From Alphaproteobacteria bacterium (GTDB taxonomy: Bacteria > Pseudomonadota > Alphaproteobacteria > UBA828): 64,000 nt of DNA. The notes beneath the pieces were generated by a model. It made no database searches, was not told where the DNA came from, and was given only the letters and a program-made list of their open reading frames with translations. The stretch covers positions 1 through 64,000 of the forward strand of contig CBDCCI010000002.1 in the NCBI GenBank assembly GCA_965214705.1, read 5' to 3'. Position numbers and translations under genes: made by a program. This document shows, in pieces, positions 63,040 through 64,000 of the stretch. Numbering within the stretch: the stretch's first letter is position 1; every line of letters starts with the position of its first letter.

Positions 63040-63360
63040 TCAGAATGGGATATGGGTCCCCTGAGCGTCGGCCGATGCGGGCGCCGCATCGCCATCATCG
63101 GACGCCGCGGCGCCGTTGCCGTTGGCCCCGGCAGGCCGATCAAGAAACTGCACCCGGCCGCCCGGGACCAGCAGGATCTCGGTCGAGAAACGCCAGGAGT
63201 CGTCGCCGTCCTTCTTCCAGCGGCGGGTCTGGAGCTTGCCCTCGATGTAGACCAGGCGGCCCTTGGTGGCGTGCTTCTCGAGCATGTCGATCAGCCCCTC
63301 CTGGAAGGTGACGCCCCGGTGCCACTCGGTCCGGTCCTTCCGCTCGCCGCTCTGGCGGAC
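63040..63360 (-). pseudogene. ssb: ssb copy 2 lacking its N-terminus
   Basis: TEWHRG...KGRLVYIEGKLQTRRW...IPF; similarity to ssb stops near 63360. Confidence 0.85.
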
Positions 63361-63413
63361 GACCGTTTCCAAATGCAGGCAGTTACGCCGCAGCGGGTGA
63401 TCATCAGGATGCT

Positions 63414-63689
63414 TTGATTACCCACCCGTTTCATCCGCTCAGCGGCCGAACGATTCGGGTTTACGACCGCGTGAGCGGGAGCAGAAGAGCGATCGTTCGC
63501 TACTTCGTGGACCGCCCGCCGGGCGCGGTCCTTGCCAGTATCCCGATTTCCTGGACGTCGCTGCGGCGCGTCGACGACTTCGAGCGCGTTGCGTCGGGCC
63601 GCAGTCTGTTCCGCGCGGACGACCTGGTTGAGCTTGGCGAGGTCGTGGACTCGATGCTTTCGCCGGCCACGAAGCGTGATCAGAAATAA
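63414..63689 (+). CDS. DUF5372-like small protein
   Basis: ITHPFHPLSG...IPISWTS...F...DL..L pattern; start uncertain. Confidence 0.6.
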   Translation: MITHPFHPLSGRTIRVYDRVSGSRRAIVRYFVDRPPGAVLASIPISWTSLRRVDDFERVASGRSLFRADDLVELGEVVDSMLSPATKRDQK

Positions 63690-63862
63690 TGGCGCTATGT
63701 GATCAGAAACTAGGGCGCTCAGGCGCGGCGGTGTCCGGCATGGAATGCCGGATAATAGCTGGAATACTGCCATATAGAGCGAGATTGTCGCGGTTGGGTG
63801 TTGACGTGGTGGCGAATGATGGCGTATTATTTATTGAAACAGTTTCGGAGGGCCGCACCGCC

Positions 63863-64000
63863 ATGGCAGACCGTCGCGACGACACCGAAAAACAGGACCG
63901 GCTCAGGGAGGCCGGAACCCTCAACCGGACGCCGGAAAAGATCAGCGATCCGATGTTCGTCGCCGGCGACTTCTTCGATGCCCGCGACCTGCTCCAGGTC
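63863..64000 (+). CDS. Partial gene running off the window edge (HTH protein of recombinase-associated elements)
   Basis: MADRRDDTEKQDRLREAGTLNRTPEKISDPMF...FFDARDLLQV; GGAGG upstream. Confidence 0.6.
   Translation, partial: MADRRDDTEKQDRLREAGTLNRTPEKISDPMFVAGDFFDARDLLQV

Noticed and set aside
1-64000. Many Arg/Pro/Ala-rich ORFs overlapping the called genes
   Set aside because: Shadow frames typical of high-GC DNA, with no motifs.

Overview
GC-rich, probably alphaproteobacterial accessory DNA with no housekeeping core, rRNA, tRNA or CRISPR. It holds two diverged copies, in opposite orientations, of a MOBF-type mobilisable element backbone: ssb, toprim gene, small ORF, conserved non-coding block, DUF2493/SLOG gene, R388-like oriT and RHH gene. 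Only the left copy has a TrwC-type relaxase in the window. Between them are a candidate defence cluster (Rpn, primase-helicase, SWIM-SNF2), two TA pairs, an inverted porin-sulfotransferase duplication and many IS elements (2x IS66, IS1634, IS1380, ISKra4-like, integrase+IS91-like, remnants). The most striking feature is two nested group II intron complexes. The same 2024-nt intron has inserted independently into two unrelated host group II introns at the same structural position, the conserved RTAGT|AG motif at the start of ribozyme domain III. It carries an EBS1-like loop (ACUAUGG) complementary to both sites, so it looks like an intron specialised to parasitise other introns. All calls are from visual inspection of sequence and ORFs. 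No database search or folding program was run.
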